Shown one piece after another: positions 1 to 9,999 of a DNA stretch of 64,000 nt (position 1 is its first letter; every line of letters starts with the position of its first letter). The stretch is taken from positions 4,677-68,676 of the IMG/VR virus record IMGVR_UViG_3300050821_014313; one strand, 5' to 3'. Source of the DNA: a virus. The position numbers were made by a program, and so were the translations under genes. Under the pieces are notes generated by a model. The model was not told the DNA's origin, did no database searches, and saw only the letters and a list, made by a program, of their open reading frames with translations.

Positions 1-24
1 TTAGAATCTCTCAAGGAGTCATTT

Positions 25-288
25 ATGGCAGACGTAACGAATCACGGCACCGCTTGGCCGTTCGACAAGAGCCCAGCCGGAGCCAAAAGCAATTTCAGGG
101 GGTCAGGTGTGAAGCAAAATAAGAAAGGCAATCCGAATAGTTCTCCGTGGACCGGCGGAGCCGATCGCGGCGCGGACTACACGAGAACATCCTCGAACAA
201 AGCTGGGCTCGGGCCGAAGAAGCCTAGCGACGCTCGTCCAGGCAATCCACTGTACGCTGGCAACCGTGATCGGTCTGGAAAGATCTAA
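25..288 (+). CDS. small basic Gly/Lys/Pro-rich hypothetical protein
   Basis: AAGGAG Shine-Dalgarno before ATG 25; the stop overlaps the next start (TAATG). Confidence 0.75.
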   Translation: MADVTNHGTAWPFDKSPAGAKSNFRGSGVKQNKKGNPNSSPWTGGADRGADYTRTSSNKAGLGPKKPSDARPGNPLYAGNRDRSGKI

Positions 289-500
289 TGGCAAAGCTGT
301 CCATGGCGCAGCGGAGAAAGCTACCGCTATCAAAGTTTGCGGTGCCTAGCAAAGCCCCAGGCCCAGGTAGCTATCCGATTCCGGATCAGGAACACGCGAA
401 CGTAGCCGCAGGGCTAGCCGGCATGCACAACGGACCCAAAGCCGCAGTTCACAAAAAGGCGAGCGCTCTGGGCTTCGCCGGAGTAAAGGACAAATCATGA
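288..500 (+). CDS. small basic phage protein, DUF6582-like
   Basis: Motif SKFAVP...GSYPIPDQEHANVA resembles the phage YPIPDxxHAxxA family; translationally coupled on both sides. Confidence 0.55.
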   Translation: MAKLSMAQRRKLPLSKFAVPSKAPGPGSYPIPDQEHANVAAGLAGMHNGPKAAVHKKASALGFAGVKDKS

Positions 501-652
501 CGTACTACATCTCGCCGACTCGCGGCAACGACAACAACACCGGAAAGACTACTGGCAGTCCTTGGCAGCATTATCCGTGCTGCCCGGGAGCGATCGGTAA
601 CGCTGCTGCGCATACTCCAGTCGCTGGCGACGTCTACCACATCCTCTCGTAG
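497..652 (+). CDS. 51-aa peptide resembling the N-terminal cap of beta-helix proteins (DUF1565-like)
   Basis: Read by hand, below the ORF-track cutoff: MTYYISPTRGNDNNTGKTTGSPWQHYPCCPGAIGNAAAHTPVAGDVYHILS; ATGA overlap with upstream gene. Confidence 0.65.
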   Translation: MTYYISPTRGNDNNTGKTTGSPWQHYPCCPGAIGNAAAHTPVAGDVYHILS

Positions 653-754
653 TCTTCGTTTTCTCTCTGAGCGAACAAAAAGCGTTATGTGGTACGCTCT
701 TCTTAGTATCCGAGCGACGTGATGCTCGGGGGAAACTATCTGAGGAAAATAATC

Positions 755-1276
755 ATGGGAATACGAATCAAAAACACCGCAGAGTACGACGAGACTCTGC
801 TTAACCGCGCGAACCCGCTCGCAGTCGCGACTGGCGTAACGCAGGTTATGGTGCCCGCAAACGGCTATATCAAAGCGATCCTCGCCGAAATCGGAACTCC
901 AGGCACCGACGGCACTGGCGCACCAACTCAAGATCTTCGCGTCGACATCAAACGCGTACCGATCGCGACCGGAGTTGCAGCGAGTATTTTCGTTTCCGCG
1001 ACCCCATACATCGCTTGGGCGCACGCACGATTTATTGGTGGAACGATTCCGTTGCTACCGTCGACGTACGACGGCCAGATCTCGGCTCCTGGCGTGAGCG
1101 ATCCAGCCGTGCAGGTGCTCAAAGGCGACATCATTCGTGTCGACGTCCTGCAGATTCTGAACGGCACTTCGCCGACGCAGCCGAGCGATCTAAACATTTT
1201 GCTTGTGTTTTCGCGTGGCCAGCTGTGGGCTCCGGAAGGCACGCTGCTCGGTACGTTCTCCGAGCTCGATACTTAA
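755..1276 (+). CDS. putative virion (head decoration-like) protein
   Basis: GAGG RBS before ATG 755; beta-rich composition; sits just upstream of scaffold and capsid genes. Confidence 0.5.
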   Translation: MGIRIKNTAEYDETLLNRANPLAVATGVTQVMVPANGYIKAILAEIGTPGTDGTGAPTQDLRVDIKRVPIATGVAASIFVSATPYIAWAHARFIGGTIPLLPSTYDGQISAPGVSDPAVQVLKGDIIRVDVLQILNGTSPTQPSDLNILLVFSRGQLWAPEGTLLGTFSELDT

Positions 1277-1355
1277 GGTTCAGGAGGAAGCAGCGAGTCT
1301 GCGATCCTCCTAATCTAACGCCCGGGCTAATCCTTGGGCAGAAAGTTGTACCGCA

Positions 1356-2354
1356 ATGCCGCAAGAAATCGATGAACAGGATAATACTGGACTCGATGTC
1401 GAACAACTCAACGAAGACGGAAGTAATGACTCCGTTGGAGGCGATAACGACGAGGACTTTCTCGTTGTAAACGAACGAACCCGTTTCAAGAACGCAGACG
1501 ATGCAATCAAGTCGTTCAATGAAGCTGGTCAGCGTATCGCTCAGTTATCTGGTTGGGAAAAGGAGATCAAGGAACGCTTTGGCGTTTCGGATCCCCAAAC
1601 CGCCGCCGCACTACTGCAAGAGCTCGTAGATCGTAGAGCCGAAGCAGCCAATGCTGCGAAAGAAGCTGCGAAGGCCAAGGAGAAGCCAGCAACCGCTGCG
1701 ACTACGACCTCGGCCGACGAAGTGTTGACGCAGGAAGACGCAGACGCACTAAAGTGGTTGAAAAAGCATGCTCCGAGACTAGGCTTCGTGCCTAAAGACG
1801 AGCTGACAGCCACGGTAGATGCTCTCAAGCAGCAGATTGAGGAGCTCCGAACAGGATCGACTCAGTCAGCCGAGATGGAGCAAGAGAGAGTCAAGTCTGA
1901 GCGTGTCGACGCTGGGCGTGAGGCAGTCAGAGGTTGGATGGCAGAGCAGAAGATCGCCGCTGATCCCGAAGGCGAAAAGCAACTCGTAATTGAGTCGTTG
2001 ATTCGCGATTGGGTAAACAGCGATAACGAACGAGTACGCAGATTCTATGAGTCTGGCTCGTCTGCGAAGCAGCTGATCAAAGAAGGCTTTGACAAGGCTG
2101 TCAAAGTTCTGGGGTGGGGAAAGACCGCAGTCAATCCTAGCTCCGCGGCTTACGCACAAAGCAAGGGACAAGCGATGGCAAGAAACGGCAAGAAACTGCC
2201 TCAGAATGGACAAGCACGAAGAACGAATGGTCAAAAGATCGATCAATCGAACGTTCGTCGCGATGCCAGCGGGAAGCGTGATTACATAGCCGAAGCGCAT
2301 AATGCAGCTTTCGACTTGGCTAACAAGCACTTCTCCGGTCATTCGTCTGAGTAA
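1356..2354 (+). CDS. capsid scaffolding protein (putative)
   Basis: Acidic N-terminus, coiled-coil helical body, immediately upstream of the major capsid gene. Confidence 0.65.
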   Translation: MPQEIDEQDNTGLDVEQLNEDGSNDSVGGDNDEDFLVVNERTRFKNADDAIKSFNEAGQRIAQLSGWEKEIKERFGVSDPQTAAALLQELVDRRAEAANAAKEAAKAKEKPATAATTTSADEVLTQEDADALKWLKKHAPRLGFVPKDELTATVDALKQQIEELRTGSTQSAEMEQERVKSERVDAGREAVRGWMAEQKIAADPEGEKQLVIESLIRDWVNSDNERVRRFYESGSSAKQLIKEGFDKAVKVLGWGKTAVNPSSAAYAQSKGQAMARNGKKLPQNGQARRTNGQKIDQSNVRRDASGKRDYIAEAHNAAFDLANKHFSGHSSE

Positions 2355-2441
2355 GCAGTTGCAGCCTTGCTGAACGCCGGTTATCGCTTAAACGACATCG
2401 ATTCATTCGTTGTCGAAAAACGAAACTAGGAGAGAAGAATT

Positions 2442-3725
2442 ATGGCGCAGGATACTACTGTTTCGGGTTTCGATGCGGCGTTGAAAGACGTTTACGCGGG
2501 CCCGATTCGCAATCAGCTGAACGAGAAAACTCGTTTGCTCGATTTGTTCACCAAAGGTGACATCGAGCAGTACGAATGGGAAGGCCGACAGGTTGTACTC
2601 GCTCTGCGCAAGGCGCGCAACGCGGGAGTTAAGGCTACGCCCGAATCCGGTGGACTGCCAGTCGCCGGCAAACAAGGTTACGCGAACCTCAAGATTCCAA
2701 TGAGGTTCATTCAGGGCAGAATTACCCTGACTGCGCAGGTTATGAAGGCCTCGCGGTCTGACAAGGGCAGCTTTGCTCGCGCGATGGACAGCGAACAAAA
2801 AGGTCTGGTCGACGACTTGGCGAGGCAGCGTAATCGTATGATTGCGAGCTTCGGTCAGGGCACGTTGGCTACGATCTCGGCCGGTGCAGCTTCGGCTACG
2901 CAAGGTCTGGCGAACCCCGGCGGAGTGACCGGAACTGTCAACGCGACCCGATTCACTAAGGTCGGAATGATGGTTGCGTTTACCGACCCGACCGGAGTTA
3001 CGATCCGTGGCGTGCAAACAATTCTGACGGTTGCTGAACCGAACATTACCCTGGACGCATCGGTCACCACGACCACTGCGGACTTGGTTTCGCTCGGTAC
3101 GAACTCGTTGGGTTCGAACGAAGGAAGCTTTGGCGTTGAGCCGATGGGGATTCTTGGGATTGTGGACAGCACGACTTACGTGTCTGTGCTCTTTTCTCTG
3201 GATCGCTCGCAGGCGGTCAATGCGTTCTTCCGCTCGACTGTGATGCCGGCGATCGGGACAGTTATTCCCGACGTCCTGCAGCGCGGGATTGACAACGCGG
3301 AAGAAGTTTCGGGCGAGGTCATCGATCAGTTTCTCTGCCACGTTAGCGTGCGGAGAGAGATCCTTAAGCTCACCGAAGCCGATCGACGCTACATGGGCAG
3401 CTCGTCTGCGCAGAACTTCGACGGCGGGACCAAGGCCGGCGCGTTCAAGTCTGAGTACACTTTCAACGATATCCCGGTGAAGGTTGATAAGGACTTCGCG
3501 TACGCGACCCTGGTTGGCGCGAACAAAGCGCATCTGTTCTGGATCCCTGAGGTCGAGGGTGAATGGGCAGACGACGACGGTACGGTGCTGTTCCGTGTGC
3601 CGAACCAAGACAATTACGAGGCTCGCTATCGCGTGTACGAGAACTTCTTCTCGGACAAAGGCGATGCGCACGTACGGTTCGACGGGATCACAGCAACTGT
3701 GACGTCTGGCGTTTACGCAGACTGA
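2442..3725 (+). CDS. major capsid protein
   Basis: 427 aa; strong AGGAG RBS; N-terminus DAALKDVYAGPIRNQLNE and GGLPVAG motifs typical of HK97-fold coat proteins; followed by a hairpin. Confidence 0.85.
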   Translation: MAQDTTVSGFDAALKDVYAGPIRNQLNEKTRLLDLFTKGDIEQYEWEGRQVVLALRKARNAGVKATPESGGLPVAGKQGYANLKIPMRFIQGRITLTAQVMKASRSDKGSFARAMDSEQKGLVDDLARQRNRMIASFGQGTLATISAGAASATQGLANPGGVTGTVNATRFTKVGMMVAFTDPTGVTIRGVQTILTVAEPNITLDASVTTTTADLVSLGTNSLGSNEGSFGVEPMGILGIVDSTTYVSVLFSLDRSQAVNAFFRSTVMPAIGTVIPDVLQRGIDNAEEVSGEVIDQFLCHVSVRREILKLTEADRRYMGSSSAQNFDGGTKAGAFKSEYTFNDIPVKVDKDFAYATLVGANKAHLFWIPEVEGEWADDDGTVLFRVPNQDNYEARYRVYENFFSDKGDAHVRFDGITATVTSGVYAD

Positions 3726-3738
3726 CGACTTGATGTAA

Positions 3739-3773
3739 TCGAACGGCGACAACTGCAAAATGTCGCCGTTCGA
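3739..3773 (+). terminator. 13-bp perfect hairpin after the capsid gene (terminator or processing site)
   Basis: TCGAACGGCGACA / TGTCGCCGTTCGA; only a weak U tract follows. Confidence 0.6.
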
Positions 3774-3882
3774 CAACTTTAACCGAGCCTCCACAGCGGC
3801 TGCTGCGCGCTCATAACTAACGCAAGGGTAGGTAAGCCGCCGCGGCCTCTGCCTCTCGTCCTTGAGTTTCAGGAGAAGCGTC

Positions 3883-4419
3883 ATGCAGATAGAAACAACG
3901 CAGGTAAGGCTACGACTAGTCGGCGAGAAGGACGTCTTTCCCGACGGCAGCGAAGGCCGAGAAGTCCTGAACGAAATCAAGAAGCGAAACAAGAAAGAAC
4001 ACATCTGGCTGAACGACGAGATCGGGAAGTACATCTCGATCATGTACGATGCGCACGAGTTTAGGTTCCGGCCGGGGAAGGCAATAACCGTTGGCAAGGT
4101 TGTTGCGAATGCGCTCAGACGGTCGTCCGCGCTGATGATCGGTCCGGACTACCTTAACGGACCTATCCTCCCTATGATCGTGGTTGACAAGGAGTTTACG
4201 TTGGGCGAGGAGCTCGTCGACGGCTCAAAGCCGATGACACAGACTACCTGCTCGGTTTGCTTTGTCGATCAGCTGACGCTGCCCAAGCTCATGCGGCATC
4301 TTGAGAAGCACCGTAGCGATCATCCTGAGCTCTTTGAGGAGCCCGATGCGCTGCCGTGGGACGGCGAAGGCGAGATTGCTAACCCGTTGGTTGAGGCTGA
4401 CGGAGCCGACGGAGAATAG
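3883..4419 (+). CDS. hypothetical protein with C2H2-type zinc finger
   Basis: AGGAG RBS before ATG 3883; CSVC-x12-H-x3-H near the C-terminus. Confidence 0.65.
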   Translation: MQIETTQVRLRLVGEKDVFPDGSEGREVLNEIKKRNKKEHIWLNDEIGKYISIMYDAHEFRFRPGKAITVGKVVANALRRSSALMIGPDYLNGPILPMIVVDKEFTLGEELVDGSKPMTQTTCSVCFVDQLTLPKLMRHLEKHRSDHPELFEEPDALPWDGEGEIANPLVEADGADGE

Positions 4420-4681
4420 CAATGATCACATCAATAGTGGTTATTGGCGAAAGCAAGGCAGCACGCCCTCAACCTACTTTGAATCGTCTTGTCATGCCAA
4501 CACGGCTTCCTCACTATACTGATCATATTGGGGCTGCGCATGATCGGGCATGGCGTGCTGCGAGGATACGTTGGTTCGGAGGATACCTTCCGTCGCTTCG
4601 GTTGTGGAAGAAAGCTCGATTTCTTATTCGCGGCTTCGCAACCACGATCGCAGCTCTAAACGATGATTGGAGATTTAACTA

Positions 4682-5257
4682 ATGCCAACTGCTCCGGAGT
4701 GGTTTGAACGGTCGCTTAAGTTGTACGACGCCGATTTAGCTGTTCGGTGGGGCGAGAAAATCGGCCAGTGGTGTATCGAGCGGACCGCCGTAATCACCCC
4801 GGACGAGATCGGTTACATGCGCAAGCGTAAGCTGCGCACGAAAGCGTTCGTAAACTCTCCCCCTCGGACTGCATCGCCAGCGAGTATTGCGCAGCATCTA
4901 CGTCTCTGGCTACAGCTATCGGAGGAGCTTGCGGCTGCTCGGTTGAACCGAAGAATAATTGTCTTCGTGCGAGAGCTCGCTCCTCCGGTGTTTGATTTGC
5001 TCGCGGCGGCGGACATCAAGCGTTACGGCGGTTACGCTCGCTTCGCGGACGAGCTCGAGAAAGCCGAAGCGCGCAAGGAGTCTGACGCCGAGCGTATCCT
5101 CGCGAACAAACGCAACGCGTACAACAAAGAAATCTGGGGAATGCTCGATCATATCTGGAGGAAGAAAGAAGACAAGTTGCTTAACGGCGAGCGCTCGATG
5201 CCTAAGCTCCTTGGGCTGCGTGAGGACGAACCAATCATTCAGCTAACCGATGTATAA
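4682..5257 (+). CDS. hypothetical basic protein
   Basis: GGAG RBS; 191-aa ORF within the structural operon. Confidence 0.65.
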   Translation: MPTAPEWFERSLKLYDADLAVRWGEKIGQWCIERTAVITPDEIGYMRKRKLRTKAFVNSPPRTASPASIAQHLRLWLQLSEELAAARLNRRIIVFVRELAPPVFDLLAAADIKRYGGYARFADELEKAEARKESDAERILANKRNAYNKEIWGMLDHIWRKKEDKLLNGERSMPKLLGLREDEPIIQLTDV

Positions 5258-5277
5258 TCAGGCAGGAGAGTGCGTTT

Positions 5278-6018
5278 ATGCCTGGACCCGGATTCCTAAC
5301 TGGCCAAGATCTGATCGACGGGGCGAACTCGCGCCTTGCTGGTTACCAAAACGCGATCGATTCCGATGGATTACTTAGCTTCTTAAACGAAGCTAAGGAC
5401 GAAGTCTGGGCCGCGCTCAAGAACCTGCACACCGAGTACTTCGAGCAGTCCACACAAAACACCGACTCGACTCAATTAAACTTCTTCCCGCTCGATCAAA
5501 ACGGCAACATTCTCCCAGGAAACTCGCTCCAGACCAATCTTCGTCAATACACTCTGCCGGCCGATTTTCGCGAGATCAAGTTCATCGAGGTTACTCTCCA
5601 AGGGTACGAGCAAACGGTGTTTACGTACCGGCCGATCGACAGCGAGGATTTTCGTACCGCTCGACGCTCCGCGAACGTCGATCCAACACTATCGCCGACT
5701 GTCGAGTACTTCTACACGATCAGCGGAAAGAACCAATTGGTTCTCGCGCAGTTTCCCGAAGTGAACTTCACCGCGACTCTGTGGTACATCCGCGATCTGA
5801 TAGACTTCACCGCGACCGATACGATTGATCAGATTCTCTTCCCATACAGCAAGAAGATGGAGACTTACGCGGTCAAGATGGCGATGCTTAGCTTGCAGGA
5901 TCCTGGGCAGATCACTGCGTGGCAGCAACAATGGAGAGAGTCGCTGCATACGATTGAGACTAGCGCGAGTCCGCGGAATCAAGCCGACGCCGAGTACGTT
6001 GAAGATTTCTTAGGTTAG
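5278..6018 (+). CDS. head-tail adaptor (podovirus tail tubular protein A-like)
   Basis: Size and position; LLSFLNEAKDEVW and YTLPADFREI motifs typical of adaptor proteins. Confidence 0.7.
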   Translation: MPGPGFLTGQDLIDGANSRLAGYQNAIDSDGLLSFLNEAKDEVWAALKNLHTEYFEQSTQNTDSTQLNFFPLDQNGNILPGNSLQTNLRQYTLPADFREIKFIEVTLQGYEQTVFTYRPIDSEDFRTARRSANVDPTLSPTVEYFYTISGKNQLVLAQFPEVNFTATLWYIRDLIDFTATDTIDQILFPYSKKMETYAVKMAMLSLQDPGQITAWQQQWRESLHTIETSASPRNQADAEYVEDFLG

Positions 6019-6027
6019 TTTTAAGCT

Positions 6028-8280
6028 ATGGGCGCAGCAGAGAAAGTATCCCGTTACAATCTTATAACTGGCGAGGACACTTACGCCTCCCAAACCTCGC
6101 AGAACCCTGCGACCGCACGTAAGCTCGCTTCGTGGATTCCCGCGGACGACGGCCAGCTCACTCGCGAGTTACTAGACGTAAAATTTAACACCACGCAGTT
6201 GTCTGGGCCAGTAGTTGGACTTTACGAGTACGACTGGAACGATCTGACTGGTACGGTCAACCGAACGTACTTCGCCGCTGCTCGCACCGACTTCAACCCC
6301 GGGACGCAAACCTGCAACTTATACTTCTTCACCACTGCTGGGCCGTTCGTCCAAGTCGCGTCGAACCAAACCACAATCAATCCTCTTGCTGGAGTCCCAG
6401 CGTGCGTGACCATCAACAATCTTTTCCACGTCACCGACGGCTCGTACTCGTACGTCTACGACGGCCCAAACAACGTCTGGTACATCGAGGGGTACTTCAC
6501 TACGACTGAGTTCGGTTCAATCGACACGCAGTCCGCAGGCAGCTTAACTCTTGCGATCGGACGTTACTACTGGATCGGCTACGCCGATCACACTCACAAT
6601 CATGAGTCGGATGCGATTACGTTCTTTCCTTTGGGCTCGGTGAACACTCTATTCACCGGTCCGATCACAAGTAAAGAAGTCAAAGTCTATCCGTTTACTG
6701 GACTAGCCTCGTGCTCGCCTGGATCAGGTATAGTTACTCGCTCGTCTTCGGGCGATAATCCAGGTCCGTCTGCGGCTCAAGCCACGCTACTCATTCAACC
6801 TGGATTTTACGATCCTAGTCGGATTCGTTTTGGTGTATGGATAAACGGGACACAGCTGACAGACAGTTTTGGAAATCCAGTCTACGTCGTAAACAATACT
6901 CCGGTGAATCTTGTTCTCAACGCGCATCCGACGCAGACGATTACAAACGGTCGCGCTGTGTTAGCTCCGTTGAAAACTACTCACTGGCATTTGTATGCTA
7001 GCGAGGTCGACGGCTCGCAGGTTGGACAACAGCTCGGAGAGATACCGTTAACGCAAAACTTATCCACAACTCCGTTTATCGATCAGGATCCGGGGATTAG
7101 TTCACCTTCTTCGTTGTTTCTTCCGATTTTTCGTCCAGTACGCAACGACGAGCCGCCGCCGAGCAAGATTCTCGAGGTGCACAAGTACCGTCAGTGGAGA
7201 GTACGTAAGAATCGACCGACGTTCTTCTCGTTCTCGGCGAACGAAGAAGTAACTTCGGGCGCGAATGGCTCTCCGCAAGAATCGTGGCCAGGGACCGATA
7301 CGATCTACGGAACGTTCTCGGACATCGTAAACGAGTACCCTTATCCTGATCAGTCGAACAACATCCGTGCGCTGATTAGTCACGCGGACGCGTTGTATAT
7401 CTTCTCGGAGAAACAAGGACTGCCGCTGTATGGAGAATCGCTAGACGACTTTGCGCTCTCGCAGGTCACTGCGTTCGCAGTTGGCATTGCTGGACAATTC
7501 GCCGGAACAAGCACCCCAAGCGGGCTCGCGTTTCTCTCGTACGACCGTATGCTCTTTCTCTACCCGACAAGCAATTATCCCTGGGCATACGTGCCAAAAG
7601 ACGTCAACGTCACCGACTCGTTAATCGACATCGGCAAGCCGCAACGTAAGTCTTGGGAGCAGATTCAGTTCGCCGATATGAATAAAACCTGGGTCCGTAA
7701 CTACCGTTTCGGCCGAAGAAACTGGTTGGTAGTCTCGGCAGTGCTCAACTCGACTTCTTGGCAGACTCTAGTCTACGACTTCAACACAAAAGGCTGGTTC
7801 CATCTCCAGCAAGGGTTTCAGTCGCTTGCGACGTTCGAGGTTAGCAATGGAGCGAAGATTCTGGTTGGCGGAGGCAGCGATGGGTTTGTTTACGTCGCTG
7901 ACGATATCTCGGGAACTTATGTTTCTACTGGCCCGCATCCGAATGCGGTATGGCGACCAGCGTTGATCGACTTTGGCGCGCCCGATGACAAGCATGTGTT
8001 TATGTACGTTGAGTTGGAGTTTTCGTCGCCGGCTCTTGAAGCCGACACTCGAATCAACTACTACCTCGATCCTCCCGACGTCGACAACCCCGGGACTCCA
8101 CGAACGCTCATCTTACAAAAAGTTAAGAACGTTGGGGCTAATCTTTATCGTGGCTGGGCGACTGGTGGGAACGCTTGTCATCGTTTGCTTCTCGAAGTCA
8201 ATACTGCCGCGAGCACGAACGTAGGATCGATCCGATCGGCTAAGCTCGTTGCTTGCAAGATCGTAGGGTTGGTGAACTAA
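6028..8280 (+). CDS. tail nozzle / DNA stabilization protein (P22 gp10 or T7 gp12-like)
   Basis: 750 aa, beta-propeller-like repeats, LVYDFNTKGW motif, follows the adaptor gene. Confidence 0.7.
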   Translation: MGAAEKVSRYNLITGEDTYASQTSQNPATARKLASWIPADDGQLTRELLDVKFNTTQLSGPVVGLYEYDWNDLTGTVNRTYFAAARTDFNPGTQTCNLYFFTTAGPFVQVASNQTTINPLAGVPACVTINNLFHVTDGSYSYVYDGPNNVWYIEGYFTTTEFGSIDTQSAGSLTLAIGRYYWIGYADHTHNHESDAITFFPLGSVNTLFTGPITSKEVKVYPFTGLASCSPGSGIVTRSSSGDNPGPSAAQATLLIQPGFYDPSRIRFGVWINGTQLTDSFGNPVYVVNNTPVNLVLNAHPTQTITNGRAVLAPLKTTHWHLYASEVDGSQVGQQLGEIPLTQNLSTTPFIDQDPGISSPSSLFLPIFRPVRNDEPPPSKILEVHKYRQWRVRKNRPTFFSFSANEEVTSGANGSPQESWPGTDTIYGTFSDIVNEYPYPDQSNNIRALISHADALYIFSEKQGLPLYGESLDDFALSQVTAFAVGIAGQFAGTSTPSGLAFLSYDRMLFLYPTSNYPWAYVPKDVNVTDSLIDIGKPQRKSWEQIQFADMNKTWVRNYRFGRRNWLVVSAVLNSTSWQTLVYDFNTKGWFHLQQGFQSLATFEVSNGAKILVGGGSDGFVYVADDISGTYVSTGPHPNAVWRPALIDFGAPDDKHVFMYVELEFSSPALEADTRINYYLDPPDVDNPGTPRTLILQKVKNVGANLYRGWATGGNACHRLLLEVNTAASTNVGSIRSAKLVACKIVGLVN

Positions 8281-8843
8281 TGGCCGGAAGATACACTCGA
8301 GTCAATCGTGCGTTGCCTACAATCACAAACGTTGGCCAACTCCAGCAATACATGGCGACGTGGAAGAACACAATTACTCGCGCGTTGAAGCGACCAGCTC
8401 CTCCGCCGCCACCGCAAAACTTCACCGCAACCAACTCACGAGGTGGGATCGTGCTTACGTGGACCCCTGGAAGCTTAGTCGGCACGCACAACGCCGGAGT
8501 GATCTCGGCTCCTGGCACGCCCGACGGATACGAGATCGTAAAATCGCCTTCGGGTAACTTCATGAGTGACCTGACGATTATTCCGATTCGCGATCCTGCT
8601 GCAACAACTTACTTCGACTCGGTCGGCGGGCACCCGCAAACAGCAAGCTACCGCATACGCACTACCGCAGGTACTCCGACCAGCTCGTACGCTCAACACG
8701 GTCCCGAGTCTGGCGTGGTCACTCACACCAGCATCGACAGCAGCGATACTTCGACCACGCCTACGAGCAAACGCGACAACTACACAAGCGATAAGGTTCG
8801 CGCGACAGCCTCGCGCGGTCGTTATGGAGCGTTTCTACAATGA
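8280..8843 (+). CDS. virion protein with fibronectin type III-like domain
   Basis: PPPPQNFTAT...IVLTWTP...DGYEIVKS...YRIRT pattern; TAATG coupling to the nozzle gene. Confidence 0.6.
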   Translation: MAGRYTRVNRALPTITNVGQLQQYMATWKNTITRALKRPAPPPPPQNFTATNSRGGIVLTWTPGSLVGTHNAGVISAPGTPDGYEIVKSPSGNFMSDLTIIPIRDPAATTYFDSVGGHPQTASYRIRTTAGTPTSSYAQHGPESGVVTHTSIDSSDTSTTPTSKRDNYTSDKVRATASRGRYGAFLQ

Positions 8844-9364
8844 GAATGAAAAACATAAACACTCGACCGGTGCGCGGCAGCGATCTAGCTGCGCTTGAGC
8901 GTTGGCGCAAAGCTTATTGGGAAGGGGATCTCGAGATTCCATTCGGGTACGAGCGTGCCGATGGAACAGTTACGACTGCTGTTGGAACAAAGGACGGAAA
9001 GATCCTCAACGCGCTGACTGGCAAGCGTGCGATTGTGTGCGACCCGTTGATTGTCAATCCAGACGCCGATCACGTAGATGTAGTTGCCGCGCTGTACTTA
9101 CTTGAGCGTAATCTAACTTATGAAGCTCAACGCTACGGCGCGGTCGAGAGCTATATTGCCGTCCCGAATCAGCTGGAGAAGTACCATCGGATTGTCGAGA
9201 ACGCCGGCTACGTTCGAACGGTCGAGAATTGCACGGTTTTCCGGCGGGCGCTAGCCGATGAGACTGTGCCGTTGCTTGGGCCCGAACGCGATGAGCTGCT
9301 GCGTGCGATGGAGGGCGAAGAACCTACGAAAGAGGTAGAATTAGTCGAGGAGACCACAAAGTGA
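8840..9364 (+). CDS. GNAT-fold-like protein between nozzle and ejection genes
   Basis: RPVRGSDLAALERW start and YHRIVENAGY end; position equivalent to T7 gp13-like genes. Confidence 0.45.
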   Translation: MRMKNINTRPVRGSDLAALERWRKAYWEGDLEIPFGYERADGTVTTAVGTKDGKILNALTGKRAIVCDPLIVNPDADHVDVVAALYLLERNLTYEAQRYGAVESYIAVPNQLEKYHRIVENAGYVRTVENCTVFRRALADETVPLLGPERDELLRAMEGEEPTKEVELVEETTK

Positions 9365-9987
9365 TTCAATCCAGCCGGATGAGCCCAAGAGAGTTTATCG
9401 TATTCGTTTTGTCGCATCCGGTCAGCGGAGCCAAAAAAGGCCGGTCCGCCGCGAACACCGCAACAACGGGATTGAACAACGTTGGGTCGACCGCAGCTGG
9501 TCTAGCCGGGACCGACACAGGACTACAAACCTCGGCTCGCAACACCGCGGCTCCGTTCGCTGCTAGCCTAATTCCTAAGGCCGGAGGCGGTCTTTCGCCC
9601 TACGCTGCCTCGCAGTTTGGTCAGGAAAAACAAGAAATCGGCAAGACGTACAACGACCTAAGTCAGGTCGGGATCAAGCAGTTAGGTAATCGCGGGTTGG
9701 CTGCTCCGGGCGCGAGCGCAAGCATCGTCAACTCCGACAATCGAGCAGCGGGCGACGCGACGACCGCAGCGTACAACCAAGCTTTGCAGTCCTCGCTTGG
9801 CCAAGGACTCGCCGGTATCGGTTACCAACAAGGCCAACAGCAAATCTACAACCCGAACCAACCGCTGCAAACCGCGACCGGGGCTTACAACGGAGCGGTC
9901 AGCGGAGGCAAGGCGATCAATTCTATGGGCTCGACTCTAGGCGATATTGGAGCTGGGTTGAGCGGTATTGCTGGTTTAGCTGTCTAA
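9361..9987 (+). CDS. internal virion / ejection protein
   Basis: Ala/Gly/Gln-rich, no Cys, hydrophobic Gly-rich C-terminus. Confidence 0.6.
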   Translation: MIQSSRMSPREFIVFVLSHPVSGAKKGRSAANTATTGLNNVGSTAAGLAGTDTGLQTSARNTAAPFAASLIPKAGGGLSPYAASQFGQEKQEIGKTYNDLSQVGIKQLGNRGLAAPGASASIVNSDNRAAGDATTAAYNQALQSSLGQGLAGIGYQQGQQQIYNPNQPLQTATGAYNGAVSGGKAINSMGSTLGDIGAGLSGIAGLAV

Positions 9988-9999
9988 GGAGCACTCTTC

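Noticed and set aside
2403-4097. 564-aa minus-strand ORF
   Set aside because: It is the antisense shadow of the capsid gene, with no RBS or motifs. The same applies to most overlapping ORFs in the track.
4422-4682. 86-aa ORF in the structural operon
   Set aside because: It fills the gap and could be real, but it has no motif and atypical composition, so I could not support a call.
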